Origin: an uncultured beta proteobacterium
Lineage (GTDB): Bacteria; Pseudomonadota; Gammaproteobacteria; Burkholderiales; Burkholderiaceae_C
Direction: 5' to 3'
Length of the DNA: 64,000 nucleotides
NCBI GenBank assembly: GCA_963714755.1
Contig: CAVQPL010000001.1
Span: 145,543 to 209,542, forward strand
In this document: positions 28,090 to 37,329 of the stretch, piece by piece
Layout of the letters: every line of letters begins with the position of its first letter
Position numbering within the stretch: the first letter of the stretch is position 1
Made by a program: the position numbers and the translations under genes
The notes under the pieces: model-generated
What the model was told of the DNA's origin: nothing
Databases searched by the model: none
The model's input: only the letters and a program-made list of their open reading frames with translations

Positions 28090-29946
28090 TCAGACGTAAT
28101 CCTTGTACTTGTCCAGGAAACGCACCGGCCTGGACAGCGCGTCGCGTCGGAACGGGTCGCCCAGTTCACGCGTGCACATGATTTCGATGACCGTGGTCTT
28201 GCCGTGCTTCATTTGCGCTGCGACCGCCTTCTTCAGGGCCGGGCCGACGTCTTCGAGCTTGTCGACGACTACGCCCTCGGCGCCCATGGCACGGGCGATC
28301 CCGGCAAAGCTGGTGTTGTCGAGTTCACCGGCGACGAAACGGCGGTTGTAGAAGTCGACCTGGTTCTTTTTCTCGGCACCCCATTGGCGGTTGTGGAACA
28401 CGACGGCGGTGACCGGGATGTCATGACGCACGCAGGTCATGATCTCCGACATGCTCATGCCCCAGGCACCGTCGCCGGCGTAGGCGATGGCAGGGCGGTC
28501 CATCGCGGCGCACTTGGCGCCGATGATGGTGGGCAGCGCATAGCCGCAGTTGCCGAAGCTCATCGGCGCGAAGAAACTGCGCGGCTCCTCGAAGCGCAGG
28601 TAGCTGTTGGCCACCGAGTTGATGTTGCCGATGTCGGTGGATACCATGGCGCGCGCCGGCATGGCTTTTTCCAGCTCACGCAGCACCTGGCGCGGGTGCA
28701 GCCAGTTGCCTTCTTCGTTTTTCTGCTCCTCGATCATGTCCAGGCTGAACGCGTCGCGCTCGTGGGTCCAGGCGTCGAGTTCCCTTTCCCAGGCGGCTTT
28801 TTCCGACTTGATGGTCTTGGCGCGCGCGGCCTTGCTGGCGTCGCAGGCCAGCTTCCGGCCTTTGAGGCGCCGCGCCAGTTCCTTGGCGGCGGCCTTGGCG
28901 TCGGCATGGATGCCGACCGTGATCTTCTTGACCAGGCCCAGGTTGGTGTGATCGGCCTCGATCTGGATGATCCTGGCCTGTTTCGGCCAGTAGTCCAGGC
29001 CATGCTGGGGCAGCGTGCCGAACGGGCCCATGCGCGAGCCCAGCGCCACCACCACGTCGGCCTGGGCGATCAGTTTCATCGCCGCCTTGGAGCCCTGGTA
29101 GCCGAGCGGACCGGCCCACAGCGGATGACTGGCCGGGAAGGCGTCGTTGCGCAGGTAGCCGGTGACGACCGGTGCGCCCAGGCGCTCGGCCAGCAGCCTG
29201 CATTCTTCGACCGCGTCGCCCATCACGACGCCGCCACCGGCCAGGATGACCGGGAACTTGGCCTTGGCCAGCAGTTCGGCTGCGGCCGCCAGGCTGTTCT
29301 CGCCGCCGGCGCTGCGCTCGACGCGCATCGGCTTGGGGATCTCGCAGCTGATCTCGCCGTAGAAATAGTCGCGCGGGATGTTGAGCTGGGTCGGGCCCAT
29401 CTCGGAGATCGCACGATCAAAGCAGCGGCCGGTGAACTCGGCCATTCGCTTGGGGTTGTTGACATGGCCCTGGTACTTGGTGAACTCCTGGAACATCGGC
29501 AACTGGTTGGCTTCCTGGAAACCGCCCAGTCCCATGCCCATGGTGCCGGTCTCGGGTGTGATCATGACGACCGGGCTGTGTGCCCAGTAGGCGGCGGCGA
29601 TGGCGGTCACGCAGTTGCTGATGCCGGGGCCGTTCTGGCCGATCACGACGCCGTGGCGGCCGCTGACACGGGCATAACCGTCGGCCATGTGGCCGGCACC
29701 CTGTTCGTGCACCACCGGGATCAGGCGGATGCCGGCCGGCGCGAAGATGTCCATGGCATCCATGAAGGCCGAGCCCATGATGCCGAACATGTCGGTCACG
29801 TCATTGGCGACCAGGGTCTCGACGAAGGCCTCGGAAGGTGTCATCTTTTGCACGCCGGTGATGGCGGAGCGCGGAGCCGCTTTCGCCTTGGCTGCCGGTT
29901 TGGAGACCGCCTTGGCGGCGGTTTTTGCGATGGCTTTGGTGCTCAT
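28090..29946 (-). CDS. xsc: Sulfoacetaldehyde acetyltransferase
   Basis: MTPSEAFVE, FGIMGSAFM, GDGAWGMS...NRQWGAEKKNQ, ELGDPFRRDAL. Confidence 0.95.
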   Translation of the reverse strand: MSTKAIAKTAAKAVSKPAAKAKAAPRSAITGVQKMTPSEAFVETLVANDVTDMFGIMGSAFMDAMDIFAPAGIRLIPVVHEQGAGHMADGYARVSGRHGVVIGQNGPGISNCVTAIAAAYWAHSPVVMITPETGTMGMGLGGFQEANQLPMFQEFTKYQGHVNNPKRMAEFTGRCFDRAISEMGPTQLNIPRDYFYGEISCEIPKPMRVERSAGGENSLAAAAELLAKAKFPVILAGGGVVMGDAVEECRLLAERLGAPVVTGYLRNDAFPASHPLWAGPLGYQGSKAAMKLIAQADVVVALGSRMGPFGTLPQHGLDYWPKQARIIQIEADHTNLGLVKKITVGIHADAKAAAKELARRLKGRKLACDASKAARAKTIKSEKAAWERELDAWTHERDAFSLDMIEEQKNEEGNWLHPRQVLRELEKAMPARAMVSTDIGNINSVANSYLRFEEPRSFFAPMSFGNCGYALPTIIGAKCAAMDRPAIAYAGDGAWGMSMSEIMTCVRHDIPVTAVVFHNRQWGAEKKNQVDFYNRRFVAGELDNTSFAGIARAMGAEGVVVDKLEDVGPALKKAVAAQMKHGKTTVIEIMCTRELGDPFRRDALSRPVRFLDKYKDYV

Positions 29947-30057
29947 GAGACCGGTCTCCTGCAGGGGTATCGGGCGGTTGGAAGGCGGCCGGACGGCTGT
30001 CTGGCTTGCGGCAAATATAGCAGCGGCTGCCCACGACGGTCAATAGAAATCCCGATA

Positions 30058-30098
30058 TTCGGTACGCTGTGTACAAAATTTCTGTATCTGAGTACATT
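30058..30098. promoter_or_regulatory. Candidate operator(s) in the xsc/IclR spacer
   Basis: GTAC-N5-GTAC (30062-30074) and TGTAT-CTGA-GTACA (30083-30096) in an AT-rich divergent spacer. Confidence 0.35.
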
Positions 30099-30104
30099 TG
30101 AGTC

Positions 30105-30905
30105 ATGATGAAACTGGTACGGGACAACACTGCGTCGATCGCCGAATCGGCTGCTGACACGCCGACGCTGCGCCTGTTCGCGCTGCTCGAGCTATTTGCA
30201 GCCAGCGACCGGCGCCAGTCGCTGCAGGGCCTGGTCCTGGAGACTGGCCTGCCCAAGCCGACCTTGCACCGGATGCTGCAGCAACTCGAATCGGCCGGCC
30301 TGCTGCAGCGCGACAGCGACGGCCGCCACTACGGCACCGGCCCGCGCCTGCGCCGCCTGGCCGAAAACCTGCTGTTTCACGACAGCCAGCACGGCGCGCG
30401 CCATGCGGTGCTGCGCCAGTTGGTCGAGCAGGTGGGCGAGAGCTGCAACATCACCGCGCTGTCTGGCAGCGAGGTGATCTACCTGGACCGGGTCGAGACT
30501 GCCGCGCCGCTGCGCTTTTACCTGCATGCCGGCTCGCGCGTGCCGGCGCATTGCTCGGCCAGCGGCAAGGTCTTGCTGGCGCAGATGGCGCCAGCCCAGC
30601 GCCGGCGTCTGCTCGGCGAGTTGCCGCTGGAGCGTTACACCGCGACCACGATCACCGACTGGGAGCAACTCGAGCAGGAAGTGCGCGCCGTGCGCAAGAG
30701 CGGCTGTGCGCTGGACAATGAGGAATTCCTGCCCGGCCTGCTGTGCATCGCGGTGCTGGTGCCGCGCCAGGACGGCGGCATTTCCAACCTGTGCATCGCC
30801 GCGCAGGCGCCGGTGATGCGCCTTGACGTCAACAAGGCGCGCGCGCTGCTGCCGCGCCTGCAGGCAGCCGCCACCGCGCTGAGCCGCATCGACGCGCAGA
30901 CCTGA
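30105..30905 (+). CDS. IclR family regulator divergent from xsc
   Basis: GLPKPTLHRML, PAHCSASGKVLLA, DNEEFLPGL. Confidence 0.92.
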   Translation: MMKLVRDNTASIAESAADTPTLRLFALLELFAASDRRQSLQGLVLETGLPKPTLHRMLQQLESAGLLQRDSDGRHYGTGPRLRRLAENLLFHDSQHGARHAVLRQLVEQVGESCNITALSGSEVIYLDRVETAAPLRFYLHAGSRVPAHCSASGKVLLAQMAPAQRRRLLGELPLERYTATTITDWEQLEQEVRAVRKSGCALDNEEFLPGLLCIAVLVPRQDGGISNLCIAAQAPVMRLDVNKARALLPRLQAAATALSRIDAQT

Positions 30906-30989
30906 TCCGACGACCCCGCATGAAAGAACCGCGCTCATTGCGCGCGTCGTAACAGGCCCCTAGTTGCGCCTGCGGGATTTGCCCCTGCT

Positions 30990-32960
30990 TCAGTCGCCGT
31001 GCACAACGACGCGGTTGCGTCCCTGGTGCTTGGCCGCGTAACAGGCGCCATCGGCAGCGGCCAGCACGGCGGCGATGTCGGCGAAGCTGCCATCGACGCG
31101 AACCATGCCGATGCTGGCGCCAATCTTGAATTCATGGCCTTCCCAGTCAAGGCTGTACTCGACCACGGCCTTGCGCATTTTCTCGGCGATGACGCGCGCA
31201 TGGTTCTCGGGGCATTGATGCAGCAATACGGCAAATTCATCGCCGCCAAGCCGGGCGACCGTGTCGGATTTTCGTACCTGGGCAGTCAGCTTCTTGGCGA
31301 TGTCGCGCAATACCGCGTCTCCCGCGGCGTGCCCGCCGGTGTCGTTGACGAATTTGAATTTGTCCAGGTCGATGAACAGGGCGCAAAAGGGTGCTGATTC
31401 CGCCTCCGCCGTCGCCTCTGTCAGCAAGGCCTCGAACGCCGGTCGATTGGTCAGGCCGGTCAACGCGTCGTGGCTCGAATTCCAGGTGAGCTGTTCGCGC
31501 TTTTCGCGCATGTCGGTGACGTCTTCGAAGGTCCAGATCGTGCCCTTGGACATGTCGCCGGCCGCGACCGCACGCCCGCGCATGTTGGCCCAGAACTTCT
31601 CGCCCGACTTGCGCATGAGTTCGACCTCGCCGGCAAAGAAGCCCTGCTCCATGAATTGGGGCCGGGCACGAGCACCCAATGCCTGGTAAGCCTCGTCGGA
31701 TTCGTGGATGATGCGCGTGGACTTGCCCTCCATCTCGTGCTTGTCCATGCCGAAGGTTTCGCAGAAGTGACGGCTGACCATCTCGAAGTTGCCGTCGCGC
31801 GTCAGTGCGATGCCGACTTCGGCATGGTTGAGCACCGCCTCCAACTGCAATAGCAGCGCAGCGGTGTCGCTCTGGCGTCGTTCGCGTTGCTCCTCGACAT
31901 GCTGGAATACCCGGGCCAGTTCACCGATTTCGCCGCCCCATTTTTCCGGCCACGGGGCCAGATTACCTGGCGCATCGGTGAGCGACGTCATGGCCCGATC
32001 GCGCAGCATTTCAATGGGCCGCGTCACGCGCAGGCCGAGCCAGATCGCCAGCAGCGCTGCCACCAGGCCGACACCGGCCGCCGAAGCCCAGGCCGCGCCT
32101 TGGGCAGCGCGCAATGGCTTTAATGCGATTGCCTGCGGCGTCATGCGCACCAGCATCCAGTCCGACACCGCGATGCCGGCCATGGAGATCAAGTAGCCGG
32201 AGGACAAGACCGCCTGGCCGCTGGGTTCGATCTGGCTGCCCGCAGCCTGCCAGGTTTGGTAGACCTCGGCCAGACCCGGCTCCTCGGATGCCTTGCCCAT
32301 GAGCCGGGCCGGGTCGGGATGCGCCAGGATGACACCGCTGCGGCTGATCACCAGGCTGCGTGAGCCGTCACGCGTGTCACCCAAGCCGATGCTCTGGAAC
32401 AAGGCGGCCGAGGCCAGCGGCAAGGACCCACCAATGACTCCGGTCGGTTTGCCGTCGCGTTGCGGCGCGGCGGTCGCCAGGATCACCTGGGGAATATGGT
32501 TGGCCCGGCCAATGTTGGGTTTGGAAATCACCACCTGGTCGGAACCGATCGCCTCCTGGAAATACGGTCGGTCGGCGATATTCGGCCGCTCGTCGCTGGG
32601 TTTCCCGGCCACCAGCCGGACCTGTATCTGTCCTGCGGCGTTGCTTGCCAGCACCACGTCGAACAAGGCGTTTGCCGCCGATTCCTGGCGCAGATGGCGC
32701 TCCAGGGCGGGCAGATCGGACCACAGGGCCGGATTGACGGACCGCGCCACGGCGCTGAGCGTGGTCTGCAGAATCTCGAGTTTGCCAGCCAGCAACGCGG
32801 CCTCACCCTGCCGGTTATTGGCGCCGTTCTCGAGCAGCAGCGATTCGATGTTCTGTTGTGTCGTGCCGAGCATCAGCTGAGCCGTGCCGATGGCCGACAA
32901 AACGCCGGTTGCGACCGCCAATGCGACGATCTTGAATTTGAGCGTATGCAACCAGCGCAT
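30990..32960 (-). CDS. Cache/HAMP/PAS diguanylate cyclase
   Basis: Two TM segments, DRPYFQ, PAS, HDALTGL, DLDKFK, RLGGDEF. Confidence 0.92.
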   Translation of the reverse strand: MRWLHTLKFKIVALAVATGVLSAIGTAQLMLGTTQQNIESLLLENGANNRQGEAALLAGKLEILQTTLSAVARSVNPALWSDLPALERHLRQESAANALFDVVLASNAAGQIQVRLVAGKPSDERPNIADRPYFQEAIGSDQVVISKPNIGRANHIPQVILATAAPQRDGKPTGVIGGSLPLASAALFQSIGLGDTRDGSRSLVISRSGVILAHPDPARLMGKASEEPGLAEVYQTWQAAGSQIEPSGQAVLSSGYLISMAGIAVSDWMLVRMTPQAIALKPLRAAQGAAWASAAGVGLVAALLAIWLGLRVTRPIEMLRDRAMTSLTDAPGNLAPWPEKWGGEIGELARVFQHVEEQRERRQSDTAALLLQLEAVLNHAEVGIALTRDGNFEMVSRHFCETFGMDKHEMEGKSTRIIHESDEAYQALGARARPQFMEQGFFAGEVELMRKSGEKFWANMRGRAVAAGDMSKGTIWTFEDVTDMREKREQLTWNSSHDALTGLTNRPAFEALLTEATAEAESAPFCALFIDLDKFKFVNDTGGHAAGDAVLRDIAKKLTAQVRKSDTVARLGGDEFAVLLHQCPENHARVIAEKMRKAVVEYSLDWEGHEFKIGASIGMVRVDGSFADIAAVLAAADGACYAAKHQGRNRVVVHGD

Positions 32961-33251
32961 ATCAGGTCACAGGCCAGCCGTTGGCGACCCAGGCTGTTTT
33001 TTGCCGCTGGCTTTGACGGTGTCTGGCTTGTATTTCGGGAGAATACTGTTGTTCTTTTGCAACGCAATTGTCGATGCGCGGCATGGGATCGGTTTGCAAG
33101 CTTGTCGCGAAAAATCTGTAAGTCATTGAAAATAAATGGTATTTTCGGCGGCGCCAAGTGTAGTGCCTATACCGGATCCGGTCAGTATGGGGCCTTGAGT
33201 CTGCGTGTTCAATTGGCGCTTTCCCGCGGACGTGCAGATAGCGGTTCGGGG

Positions 33252-34181
33252 TCAGGGCAGGCGGGACAGGCGTTGGGCGATCGCGTCGCCGACGAACTGC
33301 ATGAAGGCCCGTACGCGCGCGGTCTTGCGCAGATCGGGATGGGTCAGCATCCACACCGGTGCGGCCAGCTCGGCGATAGGTTCGGACACGGCCACCAGTT
33401 CCGGGTGTTTGTCCTGCATGAAGGTCGGCAGCACACCCACGCCGATGCCGGTGCGCAGCATCGCCGCCTTGGCGTTGAAGATGTCCACACGCAGGCGCAC
33501 GTGGGAGTGGGCCAGGTGCTGGCGCATCCAGCTGTCATAAACCCGGGCGGACGCGTCCCGTTCGAAAGCCACCCACGGGGCATCTCGCGTCAACACCTCG
33601 ATCGGTGTCACCGTCTGCGGCAGGCCGGGTGCACCGCGCAGCGCATAGACGCGGCACTGGGTCATGCCCAGATTGCGTCCCACCAGGTGTTCGGCCACAT
33701 GCGCCGACAAACGCAGCGCCACATCGGCCTCGCGACGGCTGTGGCCTAGGGTCGGATCGGTCGACCGGCTCGACAGGTCGGCCAGTACCGCGTTTTCGAC
33801 CATTTCGACCTCGATGCCGGGATAGGCGCGTGCAAAGTCGGCCAGCGGTGTCGGCAACAGGTGGTCCATCAGCACAAAAGCAGTCGTGACCCGTAGCGCT
33901 CCGGTGAGCTCGCGGTCGCGCCCCAACACCTGTCGTTCGACTTCCTGCGCCCGCGTCGCCATGTGGCGTGCCTGTTCGAGCAAGACCAGTCCCGCTTCCG
34001 TGGCTTGGTAGCCGCCGCGCTGACGCTCGAACAAGCGCGTGCCGAGTTGCGTCTCAAGGGCTTCGAGTCGCCGCAGCACCGTGGTGTGATTGACACCCAG
34101 CGCCCGCGCGGCGCCCGCAATCGATCCAGCGGAGCCCACTGCCAGCGCGTGGCGCAGGTTGTCCCAATCCAGTTCAGGCAT
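33252..34181 (-). CDS. LysR regulator
   Basis: LDWDNLRHALAV...GVNHTTVLRRL, WMLTHPDLR. Confidence 0.92.
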   Translation of the reverse strand: MPELDWDNLRHALAVGSAGSIAGAARALGVNHTTVLRRLEALETQLGTRLFERQRGGYQATEAGLVLLEQARHMATRAQEVERQVLGRDRELTGALRVTTAFVLMDHLLPTPLADFARAYPGIEVEMVENAVLADLSSRSTDPTLGHSRREADVALRLSAHVAEHLVGRNLGMTQCRVYALRGAPGLPQTVTPIEVLTRDAPWVAFERDASARVYDSWMRQHLAHSHVRLRVDIFNAKAAMLRTGIGVGVLPTFMQDKHPELVAVSEPIAELAAPVWMLTHPDLRKTARVRAFMQFVGDAIAQRLSRLP

Positions 34182-34310
34182 GAGTACTTTGCAAATATGC
34201 AGATTCAGACTGCAGATTAATGGATTGTGTGCGCATTTCGTTGCCGATAGAGTAGTTCATATCCGTGTTAACCCTGAACAGGGGTTTCGGATGTACCAAA
34301 GGGAGCCAGC

Positions 34311-34499
34311 ATGACCACGATTACCCACCCTCAAGGAATCCGTTTCCAATCGCCACCGTCCGCCAGCCGACGGAACCCGGCGGCATGCGCCACCGTGCCG
34401 GTCGTAACGCTGACCGGCAGCTGGCTCGATCGGCTCGCCGCATGGTCCGAGCGCCAGCCAAGCCACCACCACTTGGGACATTGGATCAGCCTGCGCTGA
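34311..34499 (+). CDS. Small protein divergent from LysR
   Basis: 62 aa, GGGAG RBS, C-terminal WLDRLAAWSERQP-HHHLGHW. Confidence 0.55.
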   Translation: MTTITHPQGIRFQSPPSASRRNPAACATVPVVTLTGSWLDRLAAWSERQPSHHHLGHWISLR

Positions 34500-34574
34500 T
34501 GCAGCGCGCTTGGCCTTGCCGGCCAGTTCTTGCGGGAACGCCCGACCCTTGTCTGCTGTGGTCCGGCGCAGGGT

Positions 34575-35036
34575 CTAGCCGTCGACCTGCAGGATGGCCT
34601 CGATCTCAACCGATATGTTGCTGGGCAAGGAGCCCATGCCAACGGCTGAGCGCGCGTGCCGACCGGCGTCGCCCAGCACATTGACGAACAGGTCGGAGCA
34701 GCCGTTAATGACCTTGGGGTGATCGCCAAAGGTCGGTATCGCGTTGACCATGCCCAGCACCTTGACCACTTGGCGCACCCGGGCCAGGTCGCCCAGCGCC
34801 AGATGGGCTACCGCCAACAGGTTCAGGCCGGTGAGCTGGGCGTGTTGGTAGGCGTCGTCTATGCTGACATCGCTGCCGACCTTGCCGGTGCACAAGCTGC
34901 CGTCCGCGCGGCGCGGCCCCTGACCCGAGAGGTAGAGAAACCCGTTGACCATGACGAATGGCACATAGTTGGCCATGGGGGTGGCCGGGTTCGGCAATTC
35001 GAGGCCGAGTTCCTTGAGGCGGTCATAGGGGGTCAT
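34575..35036 (-). CDS. RidA/YjgF family protein
   Basis: ANYVP, YLSGQGP, INGCSDL, GRHARSAVG...VEIE. Confidence 0.92.
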   Translation of the reverse strand: MTPYDRLKELGLELPNPATPMANYVPFVMVNGFLYLSGQGPRRADGSLCTGKVGSDVSIDDAYQHAQLTGLNLLAVAHLALGDLARVRQVVKVLGMVNAIPTFGDHPKVINGCSDLFVNVLGDAGRHARSAVGMGSLPSNISVEIEAILQVDG

Positions 35037-35339
35037 AGTGTTTCTCCTGAGGAAGTCAAGTATCCGGCCGGTGCCGGCCTGGCAACACGGCTGCCTGCAG
35101 CCTGTCGCGCGGGTCAATGGGTTGTCGGGCCCATCCATAGGGTAACTTGCGACAGTATCCGATGCGCGATTGTGCGCACAATCGACATTGACGCCGAATA
35201 CGATATCCGGCGCAGGTTTGGCGCGAACCGGCGCCACCAGGGGGCAGCGATTTCGACCAACCTGATCCTTTCCGACCCGGGCGAGCATGCGCAGGGCTTG
35301 CCGCGTTCGTATTGACAATGAAGATTGAAGGAAACGCGG

Positions 35340-36233
35340 ATGCAAACCGCTGATGCCAACATCGAACAGTGGGTGGGACGCAACCAGTCACTGACCCAGG
35401 TCATTCACACGGTGCAGGTGCGCCAGCTTGCGGCCACCTTGAACGATGCCCAGCGGCTGGCAATGCCAGATTCCGCGCCTTTGCCGGGGCTCTGGCATTG
35501 GGCCTATTTCAACCCGCTCGAAATTCACGCACGACTGGGAACAGATGGTCACCCGCAGCGCGGCGACTTCATGCCCCCGGTTGACCTGCCGCGGCGCATG
35601 TGGGCTGGCAGCCGGTTGCAATGGAGCCGCGCGTTCAGCGTGGGGGCCAGCGTGACGCGGCAGACGCGCATCGACAAGATCGTGCGCAAGTCGGGGCGCA
35701 GTGGCGACATGGTGTTTGTGACGCTGGCCCACCGTTATCAAGATGCGCAGGGCTTGCTGCTGGAAGAGGAACACGACATCGTCTACCGCGACTGGCCGAC
35801 ACCTGCGGAGAAGGCCGATCTGGCTGACCTGGGCCGACGTGCCGGCGCGGGTGAACATGGCTTCGAACGAGCGGGTTCACGGCAGACTGCGGTGAACGCC
35901 GATGCGGTGATGTTGTTCCGCTATTCGGCAGCCACCTTCAATGGTCACCGCATACACTACGACAGTGACTATTGCCGCAACGTCGAGGGCTATCCCGGAC
36001 TGGTCGTACATGGCCCCTTGATCGCCACCTTGCTGCTGGGATTCGTCGAGAACACAATCGCCCGCGGGCGCTTCGTGCGCAGTTTTGCGTTTCGCGCGAA
36101 ACGTCCGACATTCGATCTGTGGCCGTTTCACCTGCACGCAGCCACGCCCGGCATCGACGGCAAGGCCATGGATGTCTGGTCGACCAACAATGTCGGCGAG
36201 GTCGGGCTCGACGCAAAGGTGGTGCTGGACTGA
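35340..36233 (+). CDS. Double hot-dog MaoC-like hydratase (mesaconyl-C4-CoA hydratase/HTD2-like)
   Basis: LPRRMWAG, EEEHDIVYR, FRYSAATFNGHRIHYD, GLVVHGPL. Confidence 0.88.
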   Translation: MQTADANIEQWVGRNQSLTQVIHTVQVRQLAATLNDAQRLAMPDSAPLPGLWHWAYFNPLEIHARLGTDGHPQRGDFMPPVDLPRRMWAGSRLQWSRAFSVGASVTRQTRIDKIVRKSGRSGDMVFVTLAHRYQDAQGLLLEEEHDIVYRDWPTPAEKADLADLGRRAGAGEHGFERAGSRQTAVNADAVMLFRYSAATFNGHRIHYDSDYCRNVEGYPGLVVHGPLIATLLLGFVENTIARGRFVRSFAFRAKRPTFDLWPFHLHAATPGIDGKAMDVWSTNNVGEVGLDAKVVLD

Positions 36234-36309
36234 TGGCAGCGAGCAGCATGGTGTGCCGCACCGTTGACGGGTCCGGTCGCCACGGTCCGATTGAACTGAC
36301 GATGTCGAA

Positions 36310-37239
36310 ATGAACCAGCAAAAATACCAACTTCCGCCGCTGGATCTTTTGCGGAGTTTTGAAGCCGTCGCGCGCCATGGCAGCTTCACGCTGGCTGCCC
36401 AGGAGCTTTGCCTGACGCAAAGTGCGGTCAGCCGCCAGATCGCGCTGCTCGAAAAGAGTACAAGCCTGAAACTGTTCCGGCGGCTGCACCGGCGCATCGA
36501 ATTGACACGTGAGGGGCTGGCCTTGTTCGGCGCGGTCACGCAAGGACTCGATGCCATTCAGGGCTGCCTCGCGTCGCTGCAGACGGCGCCGGACTTTCCG
36601 CAGATCACGGTCGCGGCATCGGTGTCCTTCTCGTATTTCTGGTTGATGCCCCGACTGGAGATCTTCAACAGGCAACACCCCGAAATCGACATCAGGATCA
36701 TCGCTTCCGACCAAAGGGTCGATTTGCGACGGCAAGAGGCGGATGTGTTTGTCCTTTATGGGCAGGACGGGGCGGACCTATTGCCGCGCACCCCTTTGTT
36801 CGAGGAGAAGGTGTATCCGGTCTGCAGCCCGGGTTTTCTGGCGGCGCATCCAGGCATCTCGGCCTTGACCGATCTTCTCGCCAAGACGCTGCTGCATCTC
36901 GATGGCGGAGGCAATCTCTGGGGCGCCGTGGACTGGCCGATCTGGCTGGAGTCGCAGGGTGTCATCGGCAAGACGGCCAGGCCGGGCATCCGGTTGAACA
37001 GCTATCCCATGGTCATTCAGGCCGCCGAATCCGGCCGGGGCGTCGCGCTGGGCTGGAGCTATATCGTCGACGATCTGGTAGCTTGTGGACGTTTGGCCAA
37101 GCCGCTCAAGGAAACCCTCAGCACAGGCCAGACGTATTATCTTGGCGCATCCGAAAAGGCCAGCAAGAGGCCGGAGATCGTGGCCTTCATAGACTGGATT
37201 TGCTCGGAAGTCGCTCAAAACCGCGCGCTACTCGCATGA
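36310..37239 (+). CDS. LysR regulator (GcvA-like)
   Basis: LPPLDLLRSFEAVARHGSFTLAAQELCLTQSAVSRQI. Confidence 0.92.
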   Translation: MNQQKYQLPPLDLLRSFEAVARHGSFTLAAQELCLTQSAVSRQIALLEKSTSLKLFRRLHRRIELTREGLALFGAVTQGLDAIQGCLASLQTAPDFPQITVAASVSFSYFWLMPRLEIFNRQHPEIDIRIIASDQRVDLRRQEADVFVLYGQDGADLLPRTPLFEEKVYPVCSPGFLAAHPGISALTDLLAKTLLHLDGGGNLWGAVDWPIWLESQGVIGKTARPGIRLNSYPMVIQAAESGRGVALGWSYIVDDLVACGRLAKPLKETLSTGQTYYLGASEKASKRPEIVAFIDWICSEVAQNRALLA

Positions 37240-37329
37240 ACCCCGTGAATGCAAGGCATTCCTAATTCTTGTTTGTCGGAGGATGTTTCCGTCGCTATGC
37301 TCGAGCCCAATTTGTGTGGAGGCAGCAGC

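Noticed and set aside
25145-30108. 603-aa and 716-aa plus-strand ORFs
   Set aside because: Antisense shadows of the permease and xsc.
33060-33140. Sigma54 promoter with IHF site upstream of the GGDEF gene
   Set aside because: An IHF-like TTTCAA-N4-TTA is present, but the -24 GG is missing; too weak to call.
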